The notes below the pieces were generated by a model. It was not told where the DNA came from. It ran no database searches and worked only from the letters and a program-made list of their open reading frames with translations. Both the position numbers and the translations under genes were made by a program. Below, in pieces: positions 20,668 to 30,865 of a stretch of 64,000 nucleotides of DNA (the stretch's first letter is position 1; each line of letters opens with the position of its first letter). This DNA comes from an uncultured delta proteobacterium (GTDB lineage: Bacteria > Desulfobacterota > Binatia > UBA9968): contig CAWJBB010000007.1 of NCBI GenBank assembly GCA_963840855.1, positions 1 to 64,000 on the forward strand. The letters run 5' to 3'.

Positions 20668-21732
20668 ATGCTTAGAACCATCACGGTCGTCGGCGCATGC
20701 TTCATGATGTTTCTCGCGGGCGCATATCAGGCCGCGGCGCAAGAGAACCTTGAACAGCTCGTCGCCGGCGCCAAAAAAGAAGGCGAAGTCACTCTGGTCG
20801 CGAGCGCTTCAACCTTCGGTGGCAAGAAAGGTTTTGCCGATTTGGAAGCGGGGTTCAACAAGAGATTCGGACTCAAACACAAGCTCAACCTCGCTCCCGG
20901 CCCGAGTTTTCCGCAGGTGGCGGCGCGGGTTTTGACCGAGCTCAAGTCGGGCGCGAAATCCTCGACGGACTTGTATCTCGGATCGGACGGCACCATGAGC
21001 GATATGCACCGGGAAAAGGCGTTACAGAAGGTCAACTGGTCGGGCACTTTCCCCTGGGTGATCAAGGATATGGAAATTTTTCCCCAGGAGACGTTGCTGG
21101 TTTATGCCTCGTTTCACGGCATCATTTACAATTCCAATTCGATTCCCAAAGACAAAGCGCCGAAGAGTTACGAAGATCTCATTGATCCGGCGCTGAGCCA
21201 AACTTGGGCCGGAAAAATCGCCATTCCCGCCTACATTCACTGGCTGGTTCGCTTGTCCGCGAGTTGGGGAAAGGAAAAGGTGCTGGCCTACGCCCGCAAG
21301 CTCGCGCCGTTGGCCGGCGGGCGGCTGCGCCAGGGCGAAGAGGAGCGGATCGTCAGCGGCGAGTTTCCGATCATGGGGAGCACCGGCGGCGCCTTGGAGG
21401 CGATGTGGAAGTGGCAAGCCAAGGGAGCGCCGCTGGTGGGACTCCCCGGCTCGACTCCGCCGACCTCTTCTTACTATCAACTCGCCGTGCCGCGAAATTC
21501 GGCGCATCCCTATTCCGCCAAACTGTTCGTTGCCTTTATGACCACCCGAGAAGCGCAAGCGGTCATTGAGAAACATGACTGGCGCTCGTCCTATCTGGTC
21601 GATGGCACCTTGATGGCGAAGTACGTGCGCGGCAACAAAATCAAGCTTCAAGACCCGCGGGAGCTGAACGAACTGTTCATGAAAGACGACGCACCCTTCG
21701 AGGATGAGTTGACCAAGATACTGCTCAAATAA
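20668..21732 (+). CDS. Extracellular solute-binding protein, copy 3
   Basis: Paralogue of the two preceding binding proteins; GGGAGGAG RBS. Confidence 0.88.
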   Translation: MLRTITVVGACFMMFLAGAYQAAAQENLEQLVAGAKKEGEVTLVASASTFGGKKGFADLEAGFNKRFGLKHKLNLAPGPSFPQVAARVLTELKSGAKSSTDLYLGSDGTMSDMHREKALQKVNWSGTFPWVIKDMEIFPQETLLVYASFHGIIYNSNSIPKDKAPKSYEDLIDPALSQTWAGKIAIPAYIHWLVRLSASWGKEKVLAYARKLAPLAGGRLRQGEEERIVSGEFPIMGSTGGALEAMWKWQAKGAPLVGLPGSTPPTSSYYQLAVPRNSAHPYSAKLFVAFMTTREAQAVIEKHDWRSSYLVDGTLMAKYVRGNKIKLQDPRELNELFMKDDAPFEDELTKILLK

Positions 21733-21766
21733 GCCGCCGCGCGCAAATATAAAGGAATCGTTTGAA

Positions 21767-22077
21767 ATGGCGCGCACCAATCATCCCATGGACGAAATAA
21801 ATTTCGTCCACACCGGCCCGGGCACGATAGCGGGACGGTATCTGCGCCGGTTCTGGCAACCGGTCTATGTGGCCGAAAGACTCAACGCCGGACAGGCGAT
21901 GCCGATTCGCATCATGGGTGAAGACTTTACGCTCTATCGCGGTGAGAGCGGTCCGATACGGCGATCATTCTCATGAGAAAAATTTGGCTGCGCGAGCTGC
22001 GCGCTTTGTCCGAAGGCCGGCCATTGAAGAATTGGTTTCTGCCGGACCAGCTCGCCGCCACCAGCGGAGTGCAATGA
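21767..22077 (+). pseudogene. Rieske oxygenase gene with large internal deletion
   Basis: N-terminus FVHTGPGTIAGRYLRRFWQPV...GEDFTLYRGESG joined at ~21950, out of frame, to a C-terminus SDTAIILMRKIWLRELRALSEGRPLKNW...VQ*. Confidence 0.82.
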
Positions 22078-22192
22078 TGTGCAACCTTATGAAAATCGAT
22101 ATTGCCGCGCAGCAGTTTTATCTGCTGCTCCTCGCGTCGGATTAGCGACTGAGAAATATTAAAGTTTACAAATGAGTTGTCAGGCGAGTTTC

Positions 22193-22280
22193 TGTCATCG
22201 CGGTCCTTCGGCTGCGCTCAGGATAAACTCCGGATCTCGGTCGAGATTCTTCACTCCGCTGCGCTATGTTCAGAATGACA
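22193..22280. repeat. TGTCAT...ATGACA-bounded intergenic palindromic element
   Basis: tgtcatcgcggtccttcggctgcgctcaggataaactcc...gagattcttcactccgctgcgctatgttcagaatgaca. Confidence 0.55.
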
Positions 22281-22329
22281 GGATGGAGAATTAGAAAATT
22301 TAATTTCTAACAACCCCTACCATGATGCC

Positions 22330-24087
22330 ATGAGCGTCACTGAACACGCGCAAATCTGGCGGCCAAGGCCCGCGCAGATCAACTGGTCGCAGGTCCCGAT
22401 CTTGGCGGTCGCGGGGGTTGCGGCGGCGGCCATCATCGGCTTGCTCGTCACCATCGTGTGGATGAGCTTTCGCACCGGTGTGCCGGGCCAGCCGTCGCCT
22501 CTCACGCTGAGCAACTACGCGTCGTTGCTCTCCGATCCTTATAATTATCGGGTCATGGTGACGACTTTGATTTTTTCCGGCGTCACCATTGCCGTGGCGA
22601 TTCCTCTCGGCTTCTTGTTCGCCTGGTTCATCGAGCGGACGGATTTACCGAGCAAAACTCTGGCCATGAGCCTCTTGAGCATCGGCATACTCTTGCCGAC
22701 CTTTCTTAAGGCGATGGGTTGGGTTTTTCTTTGCCATCCGCGCATCGGTGTTATCAATGTTTTCTTGATGCAGTTGTTTGATCTTAAGACCGCTCCGCTC
22801 AATGTGGCGACCCTGGGAGGCATCGGTTTCGTCCAGGGCTTGACCCTGACGCCGCTCGCCTACGTGATGATTTCCGCCGCGCTGCGTAGTATGAATCCCG
22901 CCTTCGTCGAAGCTGCCAACGTGCACGGCGTGAGCAAATTGAAAACGCTGCTGGGCGTGGAGCTGCCGCTCATCTGGCCGGCGCTGTTTTCGGCGGTGAT
23001 CTGGATGTTCACCGTCGCCATCGCCGCCTTCGATGTTCCCGGCGTCATCGGCATGGCAAATAACATTTTTACTTTCAGCACCGCCGTTTATTTTATGATC
23101 AATCCAAATGAAGGACTGCCGCGCTATGGGCTCAGCGGCGCCTACGGAACGCTGATGGTGATCTTTTCGCTGATTCTGATGATTCCCTACTTCATCGCGC
23201 TGAAGCAGAGCCATCGCTACCAGATCATTTCCGGAAAATCCTATCAGTCGCGGCCCGTCGAGCTGGGACGCTGGTGGTTGCTCGGTTGGGGGCTGCTCGG
23301 GCTTTATTTCATCCTTGCATTCATTTTGCCGTTGCTTGCGATCTTTTGGGTTTCACTTTTACCTTACATGCAGGCGCCCTCGCGCCAAGCGCTGGCGTCC
23401 GTAACCTTCGAACGTTACGCCTCGCTTGCCTTCGACAGCGGCCTCTTACAGGCGGGTTGGAACACGTTACTGCTGATGGTGCTGGTGCCGACTCTGATCG
23501 TGCTCATCTGCGCCGCCATCTCGTGGATAGTTACCCGCTCGCGCTTGCGTTGGCGCGTGGCGTTGGATGCCATCGCATTCCTGCCGCATCCCGTGCCCAA
23601 TTTGCTCTTCGCCCTGGCGATCGCTTACTTTGCCCTGCTAATCTCCAACGTTGTGCCGGTCTATGGAACGATCTATGTGATCATGGCCGTTTACATCGTC
23701 TGCTGGGTAAGCTTTGGCACCAGGATCTTGAACAACAGCATGATCCAGCTGCACCGGGACCTGGAAGAAGCGGCGCAGGTAGGCGGCGTTTCGACCTTGC
23801 GCATCCTTTCAAAAGTGATCGTGCCGCTGATTCGCCCCGGCATCGTGTACGCCTGGATCTGGACGTCTCTCTCGGCGTATCGCGAGCTGACCATGGCGGT
23901 ATTTCTGGCGTCGCCCAAGAGCCAGGTGCTTTCCACTTATATATGGGGACAATGGCATGGGGGCGGGCTGGGTGACGCGGCGGCCATCGCCATCATCATG
24001 ATGGCGGTCATGTCGCCGCTGGTCACGACTTTTTGGATCTATGCGCGGCGCCAACAACATGTAGAGTCTTCCGCTGTCGTAGGTTAG
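22330..24087 (+). CDS. ABC transporter permease, fused double TMD (FbpB-like)
   Basis: About 12 hydrophobic segments; two EAA loops (FVEAANVHG, LEEAAQVGG). Confidence 0.92.
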   Translation: MSVTEHAQIWRPRPAQINWSQVPILAVAGVAAAAIIGLLVTIVWMSFRTGVPGQPSPLTLSNYASLLSDPYNYRVMVTTLIFSGVTIAVAIPLGFLFAWFIERTDLPSKTLAMSLLSIGILLPTFLKAMGWVFLCHPRIGVINVFLMQLFDLKTAPLNVATLGGIGFVQGLTLTPLAYVMISAALRSMNPAFVEAANVHGVSKLKTLLGVELPLIWPALFSAVIWMFTVAIAAFDVPGVIGMANNIFTFSTAVYFMINPNEGLPRYGLSGAYGTLMVIFSLILMIPYFIALKQSHRYQIISGKSYQSRPVELGRWWLLGWGLLGLYFILAFILPLLAIFWVSLLPYMQAPSRQALASVTFERYASLAFDSGLLQAGWNTLLLMVLVPTLIVLICAAISWIVTRSRLRWRVALDAIAFLPHPVPNLLFALAIAYFALLISNVVPVYGTIYVIMAVYIVCWVSFGTRILNNSMIQLHRDLEEAAQVGGVSTLRILSKVIVPLIRPGIVYAWIWTSLSAYRELTMAVFLASPKSQVLSTYIWGQWHGGGLGDAAAIAIIMMAVMSPLVTTFWIYARRQQHVESSAVVG

Positions 24088-24093
24088 GCAAAC

Positions 24094-25167
24094 ATGATCG
24101 GCATTCGTTCACTGACCAAGATTTTTAAATCCGGCGGTGAGGCGGTGCGCGCCGTGGACGGCGTCGACTTGCAGGTTGATGAGAAAGAATTTTTTGTTCT
24201 CCTCGGCTTGAGCGGTTCCGGCAAGACGACATTGCTGCGCTGCGTCGCGGGTTTGGAGAAGGCCGACGGCGGAGTAATCAAGCTTGGCGATGTTGTCGTA
24301 AGCGCGCCGGAACGCGGCATTTTTATCCCGGCGGAGGACCGGGCGCTGGGCATGGTTTTTCAGTCTTACGCCGTTTGGCCGCACATGACGGTGTTCGAAA
24401 ACGTGGCGTTTCCGCTCGCCAACGGCAAGCGCAAACTGGCGCGCGCCAAAGTCCGCGACCGCGTCATGGGCGCGCTTGAACTGGTTCAACTCGCGGCGCT
24501 GGCCGCAAGGCCGGTGCCATTTTTAAGCGGCGGCCAACAGCAGCGCGTGGCGCTGGCGCGGGCGCTCGCCGTGGAGCCCAAAGTGCTGCTGATGGACGAG
24601 CCGCTGAGCAATCTGGACGCGCGCCTGCGTGAAGAAGTGCGCGACGAGATTCGTAATTTAGCGACGAAGCTCAGCATCACGGTGCTCTATGTCACACACG
24701 ATCAAGTAGAGGCGATGGCGCTCGCCGACCGCATCGCGGTCATGAGCGGTGGAAAAATTCTTCAGATCGGCGCGCCCCAGGAGTTATACCACTCTCCGCA
24801 AGACCGCAAGGTTGGAGAGTTTTTGGGCTCAATGAATGAGTTCGAGGGCGCCCTGCAAAGCGACGGGCGTGTAAAGCTCGGCCTCGGGCTTGTCGACTGC
24901 GCGCCGCCGAATCAGACCGCTAGGGAAGTCATCGTTGCGATCCGCCCGGAAGATGTGGTCGTGTCACATGCGCCGAGCGGTTCGAAAAACGAATTTCCGG
25001 CGGCGCTCGAGTCGCTACTCTTCCTCGGCGACATAACCGTTTATCAATTATCGATCAACGGCAAAAAACTGAGGGGCAAGACGACACATGCCGACCGCCA
25101 ATTGGCGGCAGGCAGCCAAGTGCATGTGCGCTTGCCCGCCGAGAAGTTAAAAATCTTTCCGAAGTAG
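24094..25167 (+). CDS. ABC transporter ATP-binding protein with TOBE domain
   Basis: GLSGSGKTT, LSGGQQQRVALARA, LLMDEPLSNLD, YVTHDQ. Confidence 0.95.
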   Translation: MIGIRSLTKIFKSGGEAVRAVDGVDLQVDEKEFFVLLGLSGSGKTTLLRCVAGLEKADGGVIKLGDVVVSAPERGIFIPAEDRALGMVFQSYAVWPHMTVFENVAFPLANGKRKLARAKVRDRVMGALELVQLAALAARPVPFLSGGQQQRVALARALAVEPKVLLMDEPLSNLDARLREEVRDEIRNLATKLSITVLYVTHDQVEAMALADRIAVMSGGKILQIGAPQELYHSPQDRKVGEFLGSMNEFEGALQSDGRVKLGLGLVDCAPPNQTAREVIVAIRPEDVVVSHAPSGSKNEFPAALESLLFLGDITVYQLSINGKKLRGKTTHADRQLAAGSQVHVRLPAEKLKIFPK

Positions 25168-25188
25168 TTATTCAAGGGAGCAGCGCCC

Positions 25189-25596
25189 ATGACGAACAAC
25201 ACCGCAGTCCCCACCGACCCACCGCCGAGTCTCGTCACCGTTACGCACCTCGTGTATGCCTTGCACGCGCTGAGCCTGCTAATCGGCGTGACGACCGCCG
25301 CAACCATTGTCGGCGCCTTCGTCTTTGGCGTGCCTTCGATCATTGCCGTCGTCATCAACTATGTAAAGAGAAGAGAGGCAAGAGGCACTTTTCTCGAGTC
25401 GCACTTTCGCTGGCAAATCCGGACGTTCTGGTTTGCGTTCCTCTGGTGCATGATCGGCGGGGTGCTGTTCGTTACTATCGTGGGCATTCCGCTTGCGTTT
25501 GGGATTTACTTCGCGACCGGCGTATGGGCGATCTATCGGATCGCTCGCGGCTGGCTGGCGCTGCGAGATCGAAAGCCGATGTATACGAACAGTTGA
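25189..25596 (+). CDS. DUF4870-like membrane protein
   Basis: HLVYAL, INYVKR, ESHFRWQIRTFW, IYRIARGW motifs. Confidence 0.75.
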   Translation: MTNNTAVPTDPPPSLVTVTHLVYALHALSLLIGVTTAATIVGAFVFGVPSIIAVVINYVKRREARGTFLESHFRWQIRTFWFAFLWCMIGGVLFVTIVGIPLAFGIYFATGVWAIYRIARGWLALRDRKPMYTNS

Positions 25597-25639
25597 CTAC
25601 GGATCGGTGTAAGAGAGGGAGCGAGATATCGCCCCGAGC

Positions 25640-26275
25640 TTATCGTCGCCAGATTTGCGCGATCTCGTTGGCCGTGGCGATTTCGAAAAATGCTGCCTCC
25701 ATGAGCTTGAGCGCCATCTCGTGCTGCTCTCGGCTGCGGGAGCCGACACAGTCCTTTAAAACAACCACGTCGTAACCCAAATTCCGGGCGGTGCGCGCGG
25801 TGCCTTCGACACCACCTTCGGTGGCGACGCCGCCGATTAAAATCGTTCCCACGCCTTTGCTGCGCAGCATGAGATCGAAGTCGGTCCCGACGAAACCATC
25901 GGGTCGGCGTTTTTGAAATGCGATATCTTGGGGTTGTGGCTTCAATTCGGCGACGATTTCGCGGCCGTGGGGATCTTCACGCTCGCTCAGTAGTTGATTG
26001 GGATCGGAAACTTTCGACCTTTTCATTCTCACCCGTACCCAGACGCCGGCTTCTTCCTTTGCAACGTCGAAAGGAGTTTGAACCGAATAAAAAATCGGTA
26101 CTCCGGCTTGGCGCGCCGCCGCGGAGAGTTGCTGCAGATTCGCCAGGATATCTTTGTAGTTAAAGGCATTGGGTCCAATGGCGTTTTCCATGTCCCAAAT
26201 GAGCAACGCTGCCCGCTTGGGATCCACCAGTTCCGCCAATGTGCTCGGAATGTTTTTTCCGCCGATCTCGAACAT
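25640..26275 (-). CDS. Isochorismatase/cysteine-hydrolase family protein
   Basis: ALLIWDMEN, KRRPDGFVGTDFDLMLR, GGVATEGGVEGTAR. Confidence 0.85.
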   Translation of the reverse strand: MFEIGGKNIPSTLAELVDPKRAALLIWDMENAIGPNAFNYKDILANLQQLSAAARQAGVPIFYSVQTPFDVAKEEAGVWVRVRMKRSKVSDPNQLLSEREDPHGREIVAELKPQPQDIAFQKRRPDGFVGTDFDLMLRSKGVGTILIGGVATEGGVEGTARTARNLGYDVVVLKDCVGSRSREQHEMALKLMEAAFFEIATANEIAQIWRR

Positions 26276-26499
26276 GATTGCACCTCCTCTAATGAAATTA
26301 TATCGAATCAAGATAGTTAGAACTCACCGCGGAGGCGCGTCTTCTTCGGCTATGTTCAGGATGCGACGGTTCTATGAAGTTCAATTGTTCACGACTCGTT
26401 CGGTGAGACTTGCTCGAACCATGTGAACTCTGCGCCTCTGTGAACCGATTGCATTTAACTTTCTTTGTGTCCTTTTCGGTTAAGTCTTCTCCTATCCGG

Positions 26500-27507
26500 C
26501 TACCGCCCCGCCCGGAGCTTGTCGAAGAACCCGCTCTTTTCCATTTTCTCAAGAAAGGTCAGGTCGATGATATCCTGTGGCTTGAGTTTCTTTGCCCGCG
26601 GGTCTGTCTTGGCGGTCTCGTCGAGGATCGCTTGTAACGATTCCATGCGAAATTGCATCCGCGGCTCCATCACTTTGATTTCTTCATCGTAGGCGGCGTC
26701 GAGGACCTTGCGGTCGCTGATGCGCAGCTGTTTGCCGAGAACTTTGTATGTGAGCTCCTTGTCCGTGAACATGAGGTTCACCGCTTCCGTCATGGCACGG
26801 ACAAACCTTTCGACAACCGGCCCGCGCGTCCGAATCAAGGCGCGGCGCGTCACCAGAGTTGCCGCGGCAAAGGGAATGCGTAAATCGGGCCCGTAGACGG
26901 CATAGCGAAAGCCTTTGGAGATAGCTATGGCCCCGCCGGAAGGACCGGTCATGGTGGCGGCGTCGACATTGCCGCTCAACAACGCAGAGAGGTTCTCGAC
27001 TTGCCCGCCAGTCTGAAGGAGGTTTATGTCGGCGGGCTCCATGCCGAATCGCCTTAATACCTGAATCACAAAGTAATGCGAATTGCTGCCGAGACGGGTG
27101 AGCCCCAGCTTCTTGCCTTTGAGTTCCTCAGGCCTCTTGATATCAGGGCGGGCCAAAATGCTGTGGGTGAGGCTGTTCTTGGCGGCGGCGACAAAAACCA
27201 ACTCATTAACGCCTTGAGTCGCGGTGCGCACGACGGACTCGCCGCCCGTGATGGCGACATCGCCGCTGCCGCTAAGCATTGCCGCGTTCACCATACTGGC
27301 CGATGAAGCATAAACGAGCTGAAATTCCAAATCGTATTTCTTGAAAAGCCCGGCCTCCTCGGCGATCCAAGGCATCGATTGCGACATGGTGCGCGCGGAG
27401 TGAATGCCGAGAAGTTTATCCGCAGCCGATACCTGATAGGGCAGGAGCAGAAAAATAATTAATGAGATAAACCTACAACAGTTGGGAGTGGCAGCGCCAA
27501 CTGTCAT
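26500..27507 (-). CDS. ABC substrate-binding protein, NMT1/SsuA-like
   Basis: WIAEEAGLFKKYDL, LKGKKLGLTRLGS, ALLSGNVDA; GAGGAGG RBS. Confidence 0.88.
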   Translation of the reverse strand: MTVGAATPNCCRFISLIIFLLLPYQVSAADKLLGIHSARTMSQSMPWIAEEAGLFKKYDLEFQLVYASSASMVNAAMLSGSGDVAITGGESVVRTATQGVNELVFVAAAKNSLTHSILARPDIKRPEELKGKKLGLTRLGSNSHYFVIQVLRRFGMEPADINLLQTGGQVENLSALLSGNVDAATMTGPSGGAIAISKGFRYAVYGPDLRIPFAAATLVTRRALIRTRGPVVERFVRAMTEAVNLMFTDKELTYKVLGKQLRISDRKVLDAAYDEEIKVMEPRMQFRMESLQAILDETAKTDPRAKKLKPQDIIDLTFLEKMEKSGFFDKLRAGR

Positions 27508-27802
27508 GAATCGACCTCCTCAACAGATCAGCTGTTCGCAGCTGTCGATTTGTAACCCTGAATCGTGGCCAGACGTTATCAAAAAGCGTACGCGGCTACC
27601 AGCGTATTAATTTGGCGTAGCGGCGTGTGGAATTTTTTTGAGATGTATTGCCCAAAACTTAAAGGGGCGGCCGCCTTCGTGCGCGGGAGATAACAGGGCG
27701 GCAGCCATGCGATAGACTTCGCCGGATTGAGGTACGAGTGGAAATGGTAATGTGGAACAAAACCCGCTGCAGTTGCAAAGACTCCGGACCCATTGTCTCT
27801 CT

Positions 27803-30328
27803 TTAAAGCTCTTTAATCTCCTTGCCCGTTTGAGCTTCATTGCTCTCGCCTTCGGAAGTTTCAAGTCGTTCTTCCGCCTTTGACTTGAGATCTGCGAGTT
27901 CCCGGTTTCGCTTTGCCATCAGACTGAGAAGCCCATCCTTTTCTTTGACCTGTGCTTCGAAGTACTTGACCGATTGCTCAAGTTGTTGGACTTTTTTCTT
28001 TATGTCTTCATCCGCCGTATTCTTGTTATTAGCACCTGAGGTCTGGGCGCCCTTTTTAACCATCATGCCTAGAAGACGGTCCTTTTCTTTGACCTGATCT
28101 TCGAGGTATTTGACGGCATATTGGAATTGGTGGAGTTTTTTTCTCACGTCTTCCTCCACCGCGCTTATGTCATCAGCACTTTTGATCTGGGCGCCTTGCC
28201 GATTAACTGCTAAGTGGGGCTTTAATGGGGCGGCCTTTTTATCTGCGACAGGTGCCTTTGCCCGGAGCTCGGCGATTTCGGCATCGCGTTTTTTGACAAG
28301 GCTTTCGCCTTCCTTCAATTGCTGCTCAAGCTTGGCAATCTTGGCGTTGAACTTTTCTTCCAGCTTGATTTTGGAAGCGGAGTCTTGGGTCTGGTCTTTT
28401 TCCAACTGAGCCTTTAATGTCGAGGCATTTTCCTCGGCTTTTTGAGTTTTGGCCTGGAGCTCAGCGATTTCGCCATCGCGTTTTTCAAGCAGGCCCTCGC
28501 CTTCCTTCAACCTATGGTCAAGCTCGGCGATCGTGGCTTTAAACTCTTCTTCCAGCTGGGTTCTTGCGGCGGACTCTTTGGATTGATCTTTCTCCAACTT
28601 TGCCTTTAAGAGAGAGGCATTTTCCTCGGCTTTTTGAGTTTTGGCCTGAAGCTCGAGCGATTTCGCCATCGCGTTTCTGAAGGAGGTTCTCGCCTTCTTT
28701 TAATTGATGCTGAAGTTCGTCGATTTTGGCGTTGAGTTCTTCATCCAGATTGTTTCGGGCGGCGGAGTCTGGGTCTGATCCCTTTCCAGCTGAGCCTTTA
28801 AGAGCAGAGGCATTTTCCTCGGCTTCGTTTGAGCTTTTGGTTCTGAGAGCTGAGCGATTTCGGCATCGCGTTTCTGAAGGAGGTTCTCGCCTTCCTTCAG
28901 CCGAAGTTCAAGCTGAGCGATCGCGGCTTTGAATTCTTCTTCAAGCTTCTTTTTGGCAGCGGACTCTTTGGATTGATCGTCTTCCAGCTTGGTCTTTAAG
29001 TCGGCGCCATTTTTCTCAGCGTCGTGAGTTCTAGCGGTAAGCTCGGCGATTTCGGTATCCCGTTTTCCAAGGAGGGTCTCACTTTCCTTCAGCCGACGTT
29101 CGAGCTTGGCGATCTTGGCGTTGAACTCCTCTTGCAACTTGTTTCTGGCAGCGGACTTTGCGGTGTGGTCCTTTTCCAACTGAGCCTTTAAGACATCGGC
29201 CTTTTTATCTGCTTCAGAGGCTTTTGTCTTGAGCTCAGCGATTTCAGCGTGACGTGAATTGAGGAGACTCTCGCCCTCCTTCAATTGATGCTCAAGGTTC
29301 GTCGATTTTGTCTGCTCAACTCTTCTTCCAGCATGTTTCCGGAAGTGGAGCCTTCGGATTGAAATCCCTCAAGCTGGGCCTTTAGGGCATCGGCGTTTTT
29401 CTCAGCGTCGCGGGTGCTAGCCTTAAGCTCATCGATTTTCGATATTGCGTATTGCAAGGAGGCTCTCGGCGTCCTCCAACTGAATTTGCAGCTTATCGAT
29501 TTTGGCGGTGAGCTCTTCTTCGAGCTTGCTGTGGTCCCCGGGCTCTCGGGTTTGGCCGTTTTCCAACTGAGCCTTTAAAGCCGAAGCGTTTGCCTCAGCT
29601 TCGTCGGTTTTAGCCTGAAGCTCAGCGATTTGGGTATCGCGTTTTTCGAGCAGGCCCTCGCCGTCCCTCAGCCGCTGTTCAAGCTCATCAATCTTGGCAT
29701 TGAGATCTTCTTCCAGGTTGTATCTGGAAGCCGCCTCCTGAGTTTGGCGGTTTTCCAACTGAGCCTTTAAAGCCGAAGCGTTTGCCTCAGCTTCCTCGGC
29801 CTTAGCCTGAAGCTCAGCGATTTGGGTATCGCGTTTTTCGAGCAGGCCCTCGCCTTCCCTCAGCCGCTGTTCAAGGTCATCAATCTTGGCGGCCAGGTCT
29901 GCGTCGAGCTCGCTTTGCGAAGCGGACTCATTGATCTGATCCTTTTTTAGTTGAGCCTTAAGGTCGGCGGCTTTCTTCTTTGCCTCCTTTGCCTTTGTTC
30001 TTAGACCTGCAATCTCTTTTTTGCGTTTCTCTAACTCAAATTCCGCCGCCTCGTCTTCCAGAAAGAAAAAGGCGTATATGCTCAACAATACAAGCGCGAA
30101 TCCGAATACGTAATATACGGTGCGCGCGACGTTATCCCCATTGATAACAAAGACGAGATTGGCCCGAAATATATAGTGAAGCCAAAACAAGACCAGTACG
30201 TAGGACGTCACAATCGCAAGTTTAAATCTACGTTGCATCATCAAGAAGCTTATACATCCCACGTATATGACGATGTGCCACACCGGAATGGGCAGGTCGA
30301 AATAAACCAATTGAATAAAGGCTTGCAT
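27803..30328 (-). CDS. Membrane-anchored long coiled-coil repeat protein (~840 aa restored), split by frameshifts
   Basis: Three N-terminal hydrophobic helices, then 64-aa repeats (AKIDELEQRLREGEGLLEKRDTQIAELQAK); ORF pieces 29429-30328, 28700-29284 and 27803-28669 are collinear; GGAGG RBS. Confidence 0.8.
28260..30030 (-). repeat. Intragenic tandem repeat, 192-nt period, about 9 units
   Basis: Marker GCGATTTCG.CATCGCGTTT-like at 28272, 28464, 28657, 28854, 29046, 29238, 29432, 29625, 29817, 30009. Confidence 0.9.
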
Positions 30329-30727
30329 AAGAATCCTCCAGAAGACGGGAGCGCTGGATGGTTGTAAGACCGGAGCTTTCCGCTCTATCGGTCAATAGTG
30401 CTCCTAAGTTGAATCAATCGGCAGTGCTCGTCAAAACATTAAAGTTCGAGTCAAATGCCGCTCTGCCCTACGCTGATGCTTCCGCCGATGCCGCGTTCGT
30501 GGGCTCTGATCTGACCTCGTCAGGGTCCGATCATCGGGTGAGTTGGGTCAATTAAACTACTGAAAATTATAGGCATTTCGCGTTATTATCTGCTCTTGAT
30601 GCGGCTTTTGACGCACTATAAATTTCCCGGATCGTCGGCGCTCGATAGCGTTCACAGCGATTGAATGGCCGTCAGAATTGCCCAAGATCACAAGGCAAAC
30701 CAGTCAAGACCGGCCCCTTATTTTTCC

Positions 30728-30755
30728 TTGACAAGTCAATTCCCATGGATATAGT
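30728..30755 (+). promoter_or_regulatory. Sigma70-like promoter
   Basis: TTGACA-16 nt-TATAGT upstream of the Bug/TctC gene. Confidence 0.55.
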
Positions 30756-30865
30756 CCCACCACCGGGTGGATACAGGATACGGCGGCGGAGGTCTCTTTT
30801 AACGGGTAACACGTCACCCTAAAGCTTTAACGTTGCGAATACTCCGGTGGCGAGAGGAGTTCGTC

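Noticed and set aside
13023-21780. Long antisense ORFs (e.g. 13023-14006, 16820-18136, 18253-19116)
   Set aside because: Shadows of GC-rich coding genes on the opposite strand, with no motifs or RBS
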